This document shows positions 42,060-55,299 of a stretch of DNA of 64,000 nucleotides, one piece after another; positions within the stretch are counted from its first letter, which is position 1; the number at the start of each line of letters is the position of its first letter. The stretch is taken from the NCBI GenBank assembly GCA_040954595.2, contig CM082598.2, positions 7,827,097-7,891,096 of the forward strand. Reading direction: 5' to 3'. Under the pieces are notes generated by a model, which saw only the letters and a program-made list of their open reading frames with translations, was not told where the DNA came from and made no database searches. Source of the stretch: Balanoglossus misakiensis (lineage: Eukaryota > Animalia > Hemichordata). Both the position numbers and the translations under genes were made by a program.

Positions 42060-42600
42060 TTATTAGACCCTGGACACTTATTTAATGTTATATCATTATT
42101 ATACCTCTGTCATCATCATCAATATTAACACCCTTGTATACTTAATATCACCATAAGCCATCACCGCAATTATTAATCATTATTATACCCTTCCATGATT
42201 GTTACCTTTATTAAACCCGACACAGTTATCACCATTTATTATACCCTTCTCATTCATATACCCATTATAACCTGTGTACACAAGCCATCATCATATTATT
42301 AACCCATTATTATACCCTTTTATACCAGTCACATTTGTTACCCTATAATCATTCCCTTCATACAAGCAACCTCTGTTACCCCTTTATAACCTGTGTACAC
42401 TCAAATTTTACCATAAGCTATCATCACATTTGTAACCCTTTTATTTAACCATTCATATTTGTTTGCCTTTATTATACCATACACATTTATGAACCTATTA
42501 TCATACCCTGCACAAAGCCATTGCTGTTAACCTTATTTTAGCATAAGTAATCACTACCAATTATTAACCTGATTTATTGGACTATTAAGTTTTATATTAT
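42060..42600. repeat. Degenerate low-complexity repeat rich in TTATTATACC / CCATCATC motifs
   Basis: Recurrent TTATTATACC, TATAACCTGTGTACAC and CATAAGC motifs in G-poor sequence. Confidence 0.5.
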
Positions 42601-42682
42601 GATCACTTCGTTTTGTACTCCTATATAACTCTACCTCATAATTTCGGTCAATAGGTTTATTATGTTGAAACTCCACTTCTCA

Positions 42683-43265
42683 ATCCTTCCACTTCTCCAT
42701 CCTTTAAGTTGACGCTCCACGGCACCATCCATTCTTCAAAGTTTATATTTTAGCAGGTTGACTATGGTTGACGCTCCGCCCCATCCATCCATCCAAGTTT
42801 AATATTAGTAGGTTGACTATGGTTGACACTCCGCTCCATCCATCCATCCATCAAATTTTACGTTAGTAGGTTGATTATGGTGTTACCAGTGAGCCCTACA
42901 GGAAGAAAAAGAGAAAAAGAGAAAAAAAAACTCTTCTTCTCCATCCTTCCACTTCTCCATCGTTTAAGTTGACGCTCCATGGGCCCATCCATCCATCAAA
43001 GTTTATATTTAGTAGGTTGACTATGGTTGACGCTCCGCTCCATCCATCCATCAAAGTTTAATATTAGTAGGTTGACTATGGTTGACGTTCCGCTCCATCC
43101 ATCCATCAAAGTTTATATTAGTAGGTTGACTATGGTTGACACTCCGCTCCACCCATCCATCAAATTTTACGTTAGTAGGTTGATTATGGTGTTACCATTG
43201 GGGCCTACAGGGGAAAAAAAAGAGAAGAGAGAAAAAAGAGAAAGAAAGAAAGAAAGAGAGAAGAA
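42683..43265. repeat. ~50-bp minisatellite nested in a ~260-bp tandem duplication with GA-rich tails
   Basis: Unit AGTAGGTTGACTATGGTTGACGCTCCGCTCCATCCATCCATCAAAGTTTATATT is repeated. The block start ATCCTTCCACTTCTCCATC occurs at about 42683 and 42943, and each block ends with CCTACAGG plus a purine run. Confidence 0.9.
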
Positions 43266-43334
43266 GAAGAGTACCGGTGGGACCTACAGAAGAAAAAAGA
43301 ATGAAAGAATTAAATACATGAAATCAATGATAAT

Positions 43335-44718
43335 TAAAGCTGCAAGCAGCGTTGGTGGGGCACAAACGGTTCCCATGGTAACCGGCGAATCCCAAAGCTG
43401 TATCTGCTGTGGATACCAAGATATGGGAAAGTAGGTCAAAGGTCACCTGAGTTCACCCAAAATTGGGCAAAACATTTTGACAACATACTTGTCCATGACC
43501 AACAAAAAACAAACCTCTAGCCCTATTGGTTAGCCTGGAATTAGATATGTGCATAATTAATGAGGTAACATAAAAGACTCCAAAAGGTGTTCAATCCCTC
43601 CAAAAGCCAAGGCTCTATCCTGTCTGGATGCCGAGATATAGGGAAGAAGGTCAAAGGTCACCTGAGGTCACCAAAATTTGAGCAAAACATTTTGACACCA
43701 CACATTTCCTTAACCAACAAAAACCAAACCTCTAGCCCTGTTGGTTAGCTTGGAATAAGATATGCACATAATTAATGAGGTATTGTGTAAGACTCTATTA
43801 GGTGGTCAATCCCCCAATAGCCAGGACTGTAACTGCTCTGGATGCTGAGATATGGGAAAGTAGGTCAAAGGTCATCCAAAATTTGGGCATAAAAGTTTGA
43901 CCCCATAGTGGGCCATGTCCAACAAAAACCAGACCTGGAGCCCTATTGGTTAGCCTGGATTTAGATATGCAGAAAAATGATGTTTCAGAAATAGGTCAAA
44001 GGTCATTGCCAAAATAGTTGTGTCATGTCCTGACAGCATTGGTACCCATGTCCACAAAATTCATGACTGTAGTGCTTTTACAAGAGGAGGTATGGGGAAT
44101 ATGCATATATAATTAGTTGGTTTAAAACTGGGTCAAAGGTCATGTGAAAATTGCCCCCCAAAATTGTGACAAGTTCCAGTCATATGATGACTCATATCCA
44201 CAAAAATAATTTCTGTGGTGTCAACATATTGGCTATAAAACGGAATTTACATTTTTCAATGGTTTTCAGGAAATCCAATATGGCCACCATAACGATCGAC
44301 CAATCACAGTGCACTTCGCAAACTTGAAAGACATAGGTTAGGTGACCGCATACCCCGAATCCCATAACTCAGCGATCACTGCTTCTGGAGAAGAAGATTT
44401 TTAAAGTTTTAAGTAGTTTTTCAGAAAAAAAAATTGTAGCAAAAAAACTTTATATTTGACATCATGATTTCAATGGGGTAAAATTATGGACAGAAGGTAG
44501 GCTACCTGCACACAAAATTTGAACTCGATTGGCCCAGTAGTTTTTGAGGAGTCATTTAACGGTTTTCGGAAAATCCAATATGGCCGCCAGGTCACGTGAC
44601 TAATTAAATATTCACGGCCCCTGTAGGTCTACTCATTGGCCCCTATCACCATACCAAGTTTCAGCCCCATAGGTGCTGCGGTTTTCCAGATCTACCTGGC
44701 CTGGCTTGTGCCCCTAAT
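43335..44718 (-). mobile_element. Non-autonomous Helentron-like element (HINE/DINE-1-type architecture)
   Basis: Terminal hairpin GCTGC-AA-GCAGC (43339-43350). Subterminal inverted repeats GGGGCACAA (43357-43365) and TTGTGCCCC (44706-44714). A/T-rich flanks. Internal ~215-bp tandem repeats (AGGTCAAAGGTCA at 43433, 43648, 43862). No ORF. Confidence 0.65.
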
Positions 44719-46224
44719 GATAGCATTAATGTGGCAAGCCAGCCCAACACAACGTACTGTGGGTCAAGGGGTGCATATGGTCAATTAATTAAAAAAGGTG
44801 CAACCAACATTGGCTAGGTCTAAGCAGTTCCTATGGATACCAGAGAGTGCCAATGCTGTATCTGCTATGTTTATAGGAAAGTTGATCAAAGGTCACCAAG
44901 AGCTCACCCAAAATTGTCAACAATTTTTTCTTCCAAAATGATCAGTGTAAAATGAAAAACAAGACTTCTGGCTCTATTGGTTAACCTGGTTATTAGGTGC
45001 TCCAGCCTTCAAAATTTTAAGGCGTTATCTGCTGTGCATGCCAAGGCATGGAAAAATAGGTTAAAAGTAACCAAAGCCATCAAAAAAAATTTTGATTGCA
45101 TAGTGGTCAATGTTCAAGGAAACCAAGACTCAAAGCTTCATTGTCTAGTCTACAATTACGTAAGCACATATTTATAAGATTATCATTGGTCAAGAAATTC
45201 AGCAAAAAAATTAAGTCCAATAGTAGAGCATGTTCATAAAAAATTCAACCTGTAACAATGTGGGTAAGCTCAGCATTAGATATGCACATATTTAATAAGG
45301 TCAACATTGGTCCAGTGGATTCCAAATGTAACAAAAATACCTAAGTCCCATACTTGTCCATATACATCAAAACCAAACCTCTAGTGCTACTAGTCTTGCC
45401 GCAATAAGATATTCAGAAAAGAAAACAGGTGCCAAATGTTGAACGAAGTTCAATGCCAAAATTATCAAAATATTTGGGTAATGTCCTGGCAGCAGTAATA
45501 TTAATGTGACAAAAATCATCACTGTTGTGCTTTTCAACAAGAGGCACATCCACGAATAATTAAGTTCTGAAATAAAACTGGATCAAAATACATGCGAAAG
45601 TTGCCAAAAAAATGCAATGTATTCTGGTCATATGAAGACTCGTATCTATAAAAAGAATTGGTGTGCAATCAATGAGTAGCCCAGAATAAGGAAATGTTAG
45701 TTTTTAATCAGAATTCATAAAATCCAATTTGGCTTCAATAAGCTTTAATTAAGTTCTGAAAGATCTGGATCAAAAGACAAATGAAAGTTGCCAAAAATTT
45801 GTATTATTAGGTGTTGGAAAAGGTTGGATCAAAGGACATGTGAAAGTTGCCAAAAAATTGTAACATATTCTAGTCGTATGGTGACTCGTATCCATTAAAG
45901 GAATTTGTATGCAATCAATGCATAGGCTAAAATAGGAAAATTTAGTTTTTAATCGGAGTTTAGAACATCTTATTTGGCTCCAATGAGATTTAACCAATCA
46001 AAATTCACTTGAAAACTTGATTAGATAAAAAAATGACAATTTTAATGAGATTTTCAAAAATCCAATAAGGCATCAAAAGTCACATGACCACTAATGATAT
46101 TATTGTCAAACTTTGAACCAGACAGTCAATTAGTAATTGATTTGCCCTGCAGTTTTGAAAATAAATGTCAACTTGTAGAAATTATCAGAAAATCCAATAT
46201 GGCCGTCATGAAGAAGACAATTAA

Positions 46225-47707
46225 CACTTTCGCTGCGGGAGGGCGTTTTCTGCGCCGGCAGTCAGAATGCGGGAGGCGCATAAATGCGCCAAGATCGCGT
46301 CCGTTACTTGGTCTGTTCTATTTTATGTTCCTTGCTTATTTACTCATTTTGTATGACTTTATATAGGACAGGGGTCAACCCTAATTGAGCATGCGCATAT
46401 GTATTGTAAACAATCAAGTCGATTTTGCCATCAAAGGGTTTCCTTATACAGCTGATTTTAGGTCGCCCCGATCATATTTTTTCATTCACTTGGTATTTAA
46501 AAATGGCGACACGGGCAAAGTTTGATGCCGACAAAGTTCTTGAACAAGTCTTTCAGGATAGTGACAGCGATCATAGCGATAGCGGAAGCCAAATTACGGA
46601 CAACAACATCATAGAACCAGAAATAGAAGCCAGACACGGAGAAAACAGAGTAGAGACAGAGAGAGAGGGAGGGTTTTTGCCATGTTCTCGGACGTCGTAA
46701 CGTTGATGGTGACACGCGGTGGGTTTTGTATGACGTAAATGACAATTACACACCGGACTGGTTATCTGTATACGATCATCGCTAAGGTTTATTAGTTGAC
46801 ACTGATGACTTTGCACCCGTTGACTTTTTTCAGCTGTTCTTTCGTGCTGATGTGTTTGAGTTGATGTCATTGTCAGAGCAAACTGATATGTACACCGCAC
46901 AATTTTTTGACAACCCTGCAATTGATGAGTTGCCCTTCCGGTCAAGATTTCGCTAGATGCCTACTTCACTGAATTAAATGAAGGCGTAGGTTTCTTTGCA
47001 AATCATGATGGGACTTTGCCAGAAGTCTATGTTGTCAGAGTATTATATCCATTTGAAATGAATTGCCAAAACAGTACTATGCTAATGAATTTTTTTTTAA
47101 ATGTGTGTATATTCATATTTACCAATCTTGATTTCTTCAACTTGCAATTCATTAAAACGGAGAGTATTTAATAAATTACTTAATGAATTTATTTTATTAT
47201 TATTATTTATTTACAAATTCAATCATTCACCTTTTCACTAATAAACTCTATTTCTTTCTCAGATTTTAAACATGTATACATGTAAATGGTGGGCATGATT
47301 TGATAATTCTTTTTATGGTCCATTAATAATGCTCAAAAGTCACTTGTTATTCCCTTTTATACAGGGGGAAGTTGTTTTTGACTATTTTTGTCTGTCAGCT
47401 GTGATACAATGAATTAAATACAGTATTTCAGTCACTTATATTACAATATCTGTTGTTTTTACCATATTTCGACAGAAATCCATTATGGCCGCCAGTGTCA
47501 CATGACCAATTAATGGTCATGTGACCATTTTTCAGTTTTATTATGTTGGTTGTCTTATAAAATATACTTGCTGGAAATATCATTGCATATACTTTCATAT
47601 TACAAGAGAGAGAGATGGTAAAGTAAAACATTGTTTATTAGTTAAATTTACCATAGGAAACTACGCACAGGAATACATTAGCATATATTAACTACGCAGT
47701 GAAAGTG
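46225..47707 (+). mobile_element. Non-autonomous piggyBac deletion derivative, copy 1 (1483 bp)
   Basis: TTAA target duplication at 46221-24 and 47708-11. TIRs CACTTTCGCTGCG / CGCAGTGAAAGTG (12/13 match). Internal transposase N-terminal remnant. Confidence 0.92.
46503..47046 (+). pseudogene. piggyBac (PGBD/DDE_Tnp_1_7) transposase N-terminal remnant
   Basis: MATRAKFDADKVLEQVFQDSDSD (acidic N-terminus), then in another frame APVDFFQLFF..VFELM..EQTDMYTAQFF..SRFR*MPTSLN*MKA*VSLQIMMGL..EYY. Multiple stops, and the catalytic core is absent. Confidence 0.85.
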
Positions 47708-50431
47708 TTAAACTTACAAGCAGCATTGCAGGGGCTAAACTGGTTAGCATGGTTTCAAAAGAAAGCAAAGGCTGTATCTGTTGTGGATGCCAAGAAATGG
47801 TAAAGTACTTCATTAGGTGTTCCAGTCCTCTAAATTTGAAACATGCATCTGCTGTGCATGCCAGGTTATGGGAAAGTAGATCAAAGGTCATTGCCAAAAT
47901 TATCAAAAAATTAGGTTATGTTCCGGCAGCAGTAGTACTCATGTAAACAAAATCATGACTGTTGTGCTTTTTAACAAGAATCGTATCCACGTACAATTAA
48001 GTTCAGAAAACACTGGATCAAAGGAAATGTGTAGTTGTCAAAATTTTGTATAATCAAGTTCTGAGAAAACTGGATCAAAAACATGTATTCTGGTCATATG
48101 GCGACTCGTATCCATACAAAAGTTTTATCCAATAAGGTTGAACCAATCACAATTCACTTGAAAACTTAAGTAGAAAAAGATTTTTGACATTTTTAACGAG
48201 ATTTTTCAAAAATCCATAATAAATCCGAAGTCACATGAACACTAACATTATTATTGAAAAAATTGGAACCGCACAGTAAATTAGAACTTTATTGGCCTTG
48301 TAATTTTTGAAAAAAGTCAACTTTTAAAGGTTATCAGAAAATCCAATATGGCCGCCATGACGAAGACAAAGCTAAAAGCAGCATTGGAGGGACGAATGTC
48401 CTTAGCATGGTTCCAACAGAAAGCAAAGGCTGTATCTGTAGCAGATGCCGAGAAATGGTAAAGTAAGCCAGATGTCATGCAAAATTGTGCCAACAAATTT
48501 TGATATCAAACTGATCAGTGTCTAACAAAATCCAGATTTCTAAGCTCTATTGGTTAACTTAAATTAGATTATGTACAAAATTATTGTGTAAAAGTTTAAT
48601 ACTTCATTGGGTGTTCCAGTCCACCAAATTTGAAGGCTGTATCTGCTGTACATGCCAAAGCATGGGATAGTAGATCAAAGGTCATTGCCAAAATTATCAA
48701 AAGATTTGGGTTATGTCCTGGCAGCAGTAGTACTCATGTGAACAAAATCATGACTGTTGTGCTTTTTAACAAGAGGCATATCCACATAAAATAAGTTCTG
48801 GAATTACTGGATCAAAGAACATGTGGAAGTAGTCTAATAATTATGTTATATTCTGGTCCTACGGTGACTCATATCCATAAAAAGAATTTGTGTGGTTTCA
48901 ATGAGCACGCTAGAAATAGGAAATTTTAGTCTTTTATCGGAGATCAGAAAATCCAATTTGGCTCCAATAAGGTTTACCCAATCACATTTTACTTGAAAAC
49001 TTGATTAGAAATAAATGTTTTCAAATTTTTTTATTCTATTTTTCAAAAATCCAAAGCCACATGACCACTAACGATATTATTGTCAAACATTGAACCGCAC
49101 AGTCAATTTGATCTTGATTGGCCCTGTAGTTTTTGAAAAAAAATGTCACCTTTTAAAGGTTATCGGAAAATCCAATATGGCCGCCATGAACAAGACAATT
49201 ACAACTAAAAGCAGCATTGGAGGGACCAACGTGGTTAGCATGGTTCCAACAGAAAGCAAAGGCTGTATCCGTTATGGATGCTGAGAAATGGTAAGTAAGC
49301 CAGAGGTCATGCAAATTTGGGCCAACAAATTTTGATATCAAACTGAGCTGTGTCCAACAGAAAACAGACTTCTAAGCTCTATTGGTTAATTTGAAATAGC
49401 TTATGTACATAATTATGTGTGAAAGTTTAATACTTCATTAGGTGTTCCAGTCCACCAAATTTGAAGGCTGTATCTGCTGTACATGCCAAGGCATGGGATA
49501 ATAGATCAAAGGTCATTGCCAAAATTATCAAAGTATTTGGGTTATGTCCTGTCAGCAGTAGTACTCATGTGAACAAAATCATGACTGTTGTGCTTTTTAA
49601 CAAGAGGCATATCCACATAAAATAAGTTCTGGAATTACTGGATCAAAGAACATGTGGAAGTAGTCTAATAATTATGATATATTCTGGTCCTACGGTGACT
49701 CATATCCATAAAAAGAATTTGTGTGGTTTCAATGAGCACGCTAGAAATAGGAAATTTTAGTCTTTTATCGGAGATCAGAAAATCCAATTTGGCTCCAATA
49801 AGGTTTACCCAATCACATTTTACTTGAAAACTTGATTAGAAATAAATGTTTTCAAATTTTTTTATTCTATTTTTCAAAAATCCAAAGCCACATGACCACT
49901 AACGATATTATTGTCAAACATTGAACCGCACAGTCAATATGATCTTGATTGGCCCTGTAGTTTTTGAAAAAAAATGTCACCTTTTAAAGGTTATCCGAAA
50001 ATCCAATATGGCCGCCATGAACAAGACAATTACAACTAAAAGCAGCATTGGAGGGACCAACGTGGTTAGTATGGTTCCAAAATAAAGCAAAGGCTGTATC
50101 CGTTATGGATGCTGAGAAATGGTAAGTAAGCCAGAGGTCATGCAAATTTGGGCCAACAAATTTTGATATCAAACTGAGCTGTGTCCAACAGAAAACAGAC
50201 TTCTAAGCTCTATTGGTTAATTTGAAATAGCTTATGTACATAATTATGTGTGAAAGTTTAATACTTCATTAGGTGTTCCAGTCCACCAAATTTGAAGGCT
50301 GTATCTGCTGTACATGCCAAGGCATGGGATAGTAGATCAAAGGTCATTGCCAAAATTATCAAAAGATTTGGGTTATGTCCTGGCAGCAGTAGTACTCATG
50401 TGAACAAAATCATGACAGTTGAGCTGTTTAA

Positions 50432-51929
50432 CACTTTCGCTGCGGGAGGGCATTTTCTGCGCCGGCAGTCAGAATGCGGGAGGCGCATAAATGCGCCAAG
50501 ATCGCGTCCGTTACTTGGTCTGTTCTATTTTATGTTCGTTGCTTATTTACTCATTTTGTATGACTATATATAGGACAGGGGTCAACCCTAATTGAGCATG
50601 CGCATATGTATTGTAAACAATCAAGTCGATTTTGTCATCAAAGGGTTTCCTTATACAGCTGATTTTAGGTCGCCCCGATCATATTTGTTCATTCACTTGG
50701 TATTTAAAAATGGCGACATGGGCAAAGTTTGATGCCGACGAAGTTCTTGAACAAGTCTTTCAGGATAGTGACAGCGATCATAGCGATAGCGGAAGCCAAA
50801 TTACGGACAACAACATCATAGAACCAGAAATAGAAGCCAGACACGGAGACAACAGAGTAGAGACAGAGAGAGAGGGAGGGTTTTTGTCATGTTCTCGGAC
50901 GTCGTAACGTTGATGGTGACACGCGGTGGGTTTTGTATGACGTAAATGACAATTACACACCGGACTGGTTGTCTGTATACGATCGTCGCTAAGGTTTATT
51001 AGTTGACACTGATGACTTTGCACCGGTTGACTTTTTTCAGCTGTTCTTTCCTGGTGATGTGTTTGAGTTGATGTCATTGTCAGAGCAAACTGATATGTAC
51101 ACCGCACAATTTTTTGACAACCCTGCAATTGATGAGTTGCCCTTACGGTCAAGATTTCGCTAGATGCCTACTTCACTGAATTAAATGAAGGCGTAGGTTT
51201 CTTTGCAAATCTTGATGGGACTTTGCCAGAAGTCTATGTTGTCAGAGTATTGTATCCATTTGAAATGAATTGCCAAAACAGTACTATGCTAATGAATTTT
51301 TTTTAAATGTGTGTATATTCATATTTACCAACCTTGATTTCTTCAACTTGCAATTCATTAAAACGTAGAGTATTTAATAAATTACTTAATTAATTTATTT
51401 TATTATTATTATTTATTTACAAGTTCAATCATTCACCTTTTCACTAATAATCTATATTTCTTTCTCAGATTTTAAACATGTATACATGTAAATGGTGGGC
51501 ATGATTTGATAATTGTTTTTATGGTCCATTAATAAATTTGATCAAATTTCTTGCTCAAAAGTCACTTGTTATTCCCTTTTATACAGGGGGAAGTTGTTTT
51601 TGACTATGTTTGTCTGTCAGCTGTGATACAATGAATTAAATACAGTATTTCAGTCACTTATATTACAATATCTGTTGTTTTTACCATATTTCGACAGAAA
51701 TCCATTATGGCTGCCAGTGTCACATGACCAATTAATGGTCATGTGACCATTTTTCAGTTTTATTATGTTGGTTGTCTTATAAAATATACTTGCTGGAAAT
51801 ATCATTGCATATACTTTCATATTACAAGAGATAGAGAGGGTAAAGTAAAACATTGTTTATTAGTTAAATTTACCATAGGAAACTACGCACAGGAATACAT
51901 TAGCATATATAAACTACGCAGTGAAAGTG
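50432..51929 (+). mobile_element. Non-autonomous piggyBac deletion derivative, copy 2 (1498 bp)
   Basis: TTAA at 50428-31 and 51930-33. Same TIRs and near-identical interior to copy 1, but a different insertion site in the host repeat unit. Confidence 0.92.
50710..51253 (+). pseudogene. piggyBac transposase N-terminal remnant (copy 2)
   Basis: Same degenerate reading as 46503-47046, with shared stop codons. Confidence 0.85.
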
Positions 51930-53948
51930 TTAACAAGAGGCATATCCACATAAAATAAGTTCTGGAATTACTGGATCAAAGGACATGCGAGAGTCGCAAA
52001 CAAGTTGTTTAATCAAGTTTTGTAAAAATTTGATCAAAGAACATCTGAAAGTAGTCTAATAGTTTTGATATATTCTGGTCCTATGGTGACTCATATCCAT
52101 AAAAAGAATTTGTGTGGTTTCAACGAGCACGCTAGAAATAGAAAATGTTAGTCTTTTATCTTAGATCAGAAAATCCAATTTGGCTCCAATAAGGTTTACC
52201 CAATCACAATTTACTTGAAAACTTGATTAGAAATAGATTTTTTGATTTTTTTTTATGATATTTTTCAAAAATCCAAAGCCACATGACCACTGACGATATT
52301 ATTGTCAAACATTGAACCGCACAGTCAATTAAAACTTGATTGGCCCTGTAGTTTTTGAAAAAAGGTCACCTTTTAAAGGTTATCCGAAAATCCAATATGG
52401 CCGCCATGAACAAGACAATTAAAACTAAAAGCAGCATTGGAGGGACCAAAGTGGTTAGCATGGTTCCAAGAGAAAACAAAGGCTGTATCTGTTATGGATG
52501 CTGAGAAATGGTAAGTAAGCCAGAGGTCACGCAAATTTGTGCTAACAAATTTTGATATCAAACTGAGCTGTGTCCAACAGAAAACAGACTTCTAAGCTCT
52601 ATTGGTTAACTTGAAATAGCTTATGTACATAATTATTGTGTTAAAATTTAATACTTCATTAGGTGTTCCAGTCCACCAAATTTGAAGGCTGTATCTGCTG
52701 TACATGCCAAGGCATGGGATAGAAGATCAAAGGTCATTGCCAAAATTATCAAAATATTTGGGTTATGTCCTGTCAGCAGTAGTACTCATGTGAACAAAAT
52801 CATGACTGTTGTGCTTTTTAACAAGAGGCATATCCAAATTAAATAAGTTCTTGAATTACTGGATCAAAGGACATGCGAGAGTCGCAAACAAATTGTTTAA
52901 TCAAGTTTTGTAAAATCTTGATCAAAGAACATGTGAAAGTAGTCTAATAATTGTGATATATTCTGGTCATATGGTGACTCGTATCCATAAAAAAGAATTT
53001 GTGTGGTTTCAATGAGCACGCTAGAAATAGGAAATTTTAGTCTTTTATCGGAGATCAGAAAATCCAATTTGGCTCCAACAAGGTTTATCCAATCACAATT
53101 TACTTGAAAACTTGATTAGAAATAGATTTTTGAAATTTTTTTTATGATATGTTTCAAAAATCCAAAGCCACATGACCACTAATGATATTATTGTCAAACA
53201 TTGAACCGCACAGTCAATTGAGAACACCAAATTTGAAGGCTGTATCTGCTGTACATGCCAAGGCATGGGATAGTAGATCAAAGGTCATTGCCAAAATTAT
53301 CAAAAGATTTGGGTTATGTCCTGGCAGCAGTAGTACTCATGTGAACAAAATCATGACTGTTGGGCTTTTTAACAAGATGCATATCTATGTATAATTTACT
53401 TCTTATAAAATAATGTAAAGGACACTGTGGTGCCCTTTGGGGATTACACAGAAATTAGGTATTTGCCAGAATTAAATTCAGGGGTGACATTGGCAAGCAT
53501 ATATGGCATTACTATTTAAATACTATGGAAACATAAAAAATTTAACTATGCCAAATAAAGTGTTATGTGTCACAGCAATCTTACAAGCTACACTAAAAAA
53601 ACAACAACTGCTTTTTGTCCAAAAACTGTCTGTAAAAATACATGCGAGTATGACAAATTAATTAGTCCAATCAGACAGAGGCATTCACTGACCTACCACC
53701 AGTTTATAATAAAATAGCTGGTGGTCCCTGTAACAGCTGGACCATTAAAATTATATAAGGAAGTTCAGTTAAAAATTTACTCCAAGATTGCCATTTATTT
53801 TTCTGATAAAAATGTTTATACATCTTAGTAGTTTATAACAAAGAAAATTATCAAAATTGGTTCACCGGTTGTCTAGGTACAAACGAATCAAATAATACTG
53901 AGATTCTCAAGTATCTTCACCATTTTTCACAGAATTTTACCAAATTAT

Positions 53949-55299
53949 ATAAAAATGCAAGATTCACAGAAGATTACTTCTTTCAGTTTTACAGGAGATC
54001 ATCTAAACTTGTAAAAAAAATCTCTCTATTTTTTGCATGGCACCATGTAAAATATGAAAATTTGCAATGTTTGATGTTCCGTGTCTCAATCATGTTTGAT
54101 CTAATTTTCACGAAATTTTCAGATTATATTACAATATATTTGCAGATACAGATAGTGACTTATGTTTTTGATATCTGGATTATAATTTAATTCCCAGGTG
54201 CTCAAATATGGTAAACCTAGTATTTTACCATTGCAAATGGGCGGCCATATTGGGTTGACATTTCATTAGATGGCAATATTTGTTTATACACTGCAATTTG
54301 CTGAAAATCAGTTCAATCACTGTAGTAAGTGGAAATATTTAAATTCTTGTGTATTTTAGCAATCATGAAGCTGATATTACTACCAAAAAAATTTTATACA
54401 GTTACTTCTGGACAGCAAAAATTGCCATCATTCAAGTTAAAGTCACAGATCGGCCCTTTTGCTTGCCTGTGTCGAGCAGATATCAAAAGTGGAGAAAGTT
54501 GGGTAGTTTAATTTCTACATGTTACCTGTACTACCCTTGTAGACTATTAACATTAACAAGAATTTCATATTAAATTTTGGTATGATATGCATGGAAAGAC
54601 TGGCTGGCTATAAATCATAAAAATGGACGCCGTTGCACCATACAGTTTTACTGCAAACACACGTATTTTAAGCAAACTGTGTCTTTCATGTATTCCACTT
54701 TTCTCCCTTCCTTGCTGGCTTTCCCTATTTCTTTTCTGACTGTGTCTTTATGAAATTACTGATTTTTTTTTTTTTTTCTTTGGGGGGGGGGGGGGGGGGT
54801 AATTCAATTTCTGGCTCAAAAAATTGTACTAGAGCTGGTAAGGTTTCCTGAACATTAATCCCTGTATCTTTAACGCAGGTGTGCAAGTTCATATAAAGTT
54901 CATTGGTTAAAGGAATATTATGAGCTGATAAATTTACTAAGCTCTTCTTTCCAGTTAGAAGCTCTGCTATATTATCAACTACTCTCAATGCTACTTCAAT
55001 AATGTTGCCTGTGCAAATTGACAATCAAAATATCCATTAGTTAGACAACATATTTGGTTGCGTAATTACAGAATAATTACTTTAATTCCATGCATACTCT
55101 ACCTAAACTCAAATTAGAATATATTACTAAAATTATAGTTATACACAGGTCTATAAAATGCTAAGAAAATGTAAAATCTAGGAAAGAACACCCATGGGCA
55201 TTCAGCTCTTAGCAGATAACTTCAGTCACTTTGAAGACATGTCACTTCCCAGACTTTACTAAAAAAAACTTCCAACTCTGACGTTAAACGCATCTCCAA
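53949..55299. repeat. 1.35-kb direct duplication, copy A
   Basis: ATAAAAATGCAAGATTCACAGAAG...CATCTCCAA matches 56912-58234 throughout. Confidence 0.93.

Larger units (their letters stand above)
44790..53420. repeat. Macrosatellite of ~0.65-0.9-kb units related to the neighbouring HINE-like element, interrupted by two piggyBac derivatives
   Basis: Anchor GCAGCATTG(G/C)AGGG..GGTTAG(C/T)ATGGTT at 47720, 48378, 49211, 50042 and 52431 (periods 658, 833, 831, and ~887 after removing the insert). Shared motifs include GATCAAAGGTCATTGCCAAAAT, CTATTGGTTAA and AATCCAATATGGCCGCC. Confidence 0.85.

Noticed and set aside
43027-43434. 135-aa Lys/Glu/Arg-rich ORF
   Set aside because: It is a translation of the minisatellite, the GA run and the HINE end.
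53415-53480. Possible DNA-transposon terminus (TAAAGGACACTGTGG / CACAGAAATTAGG)
   Set aside because: I found no matching inverted end or TSD in the window.
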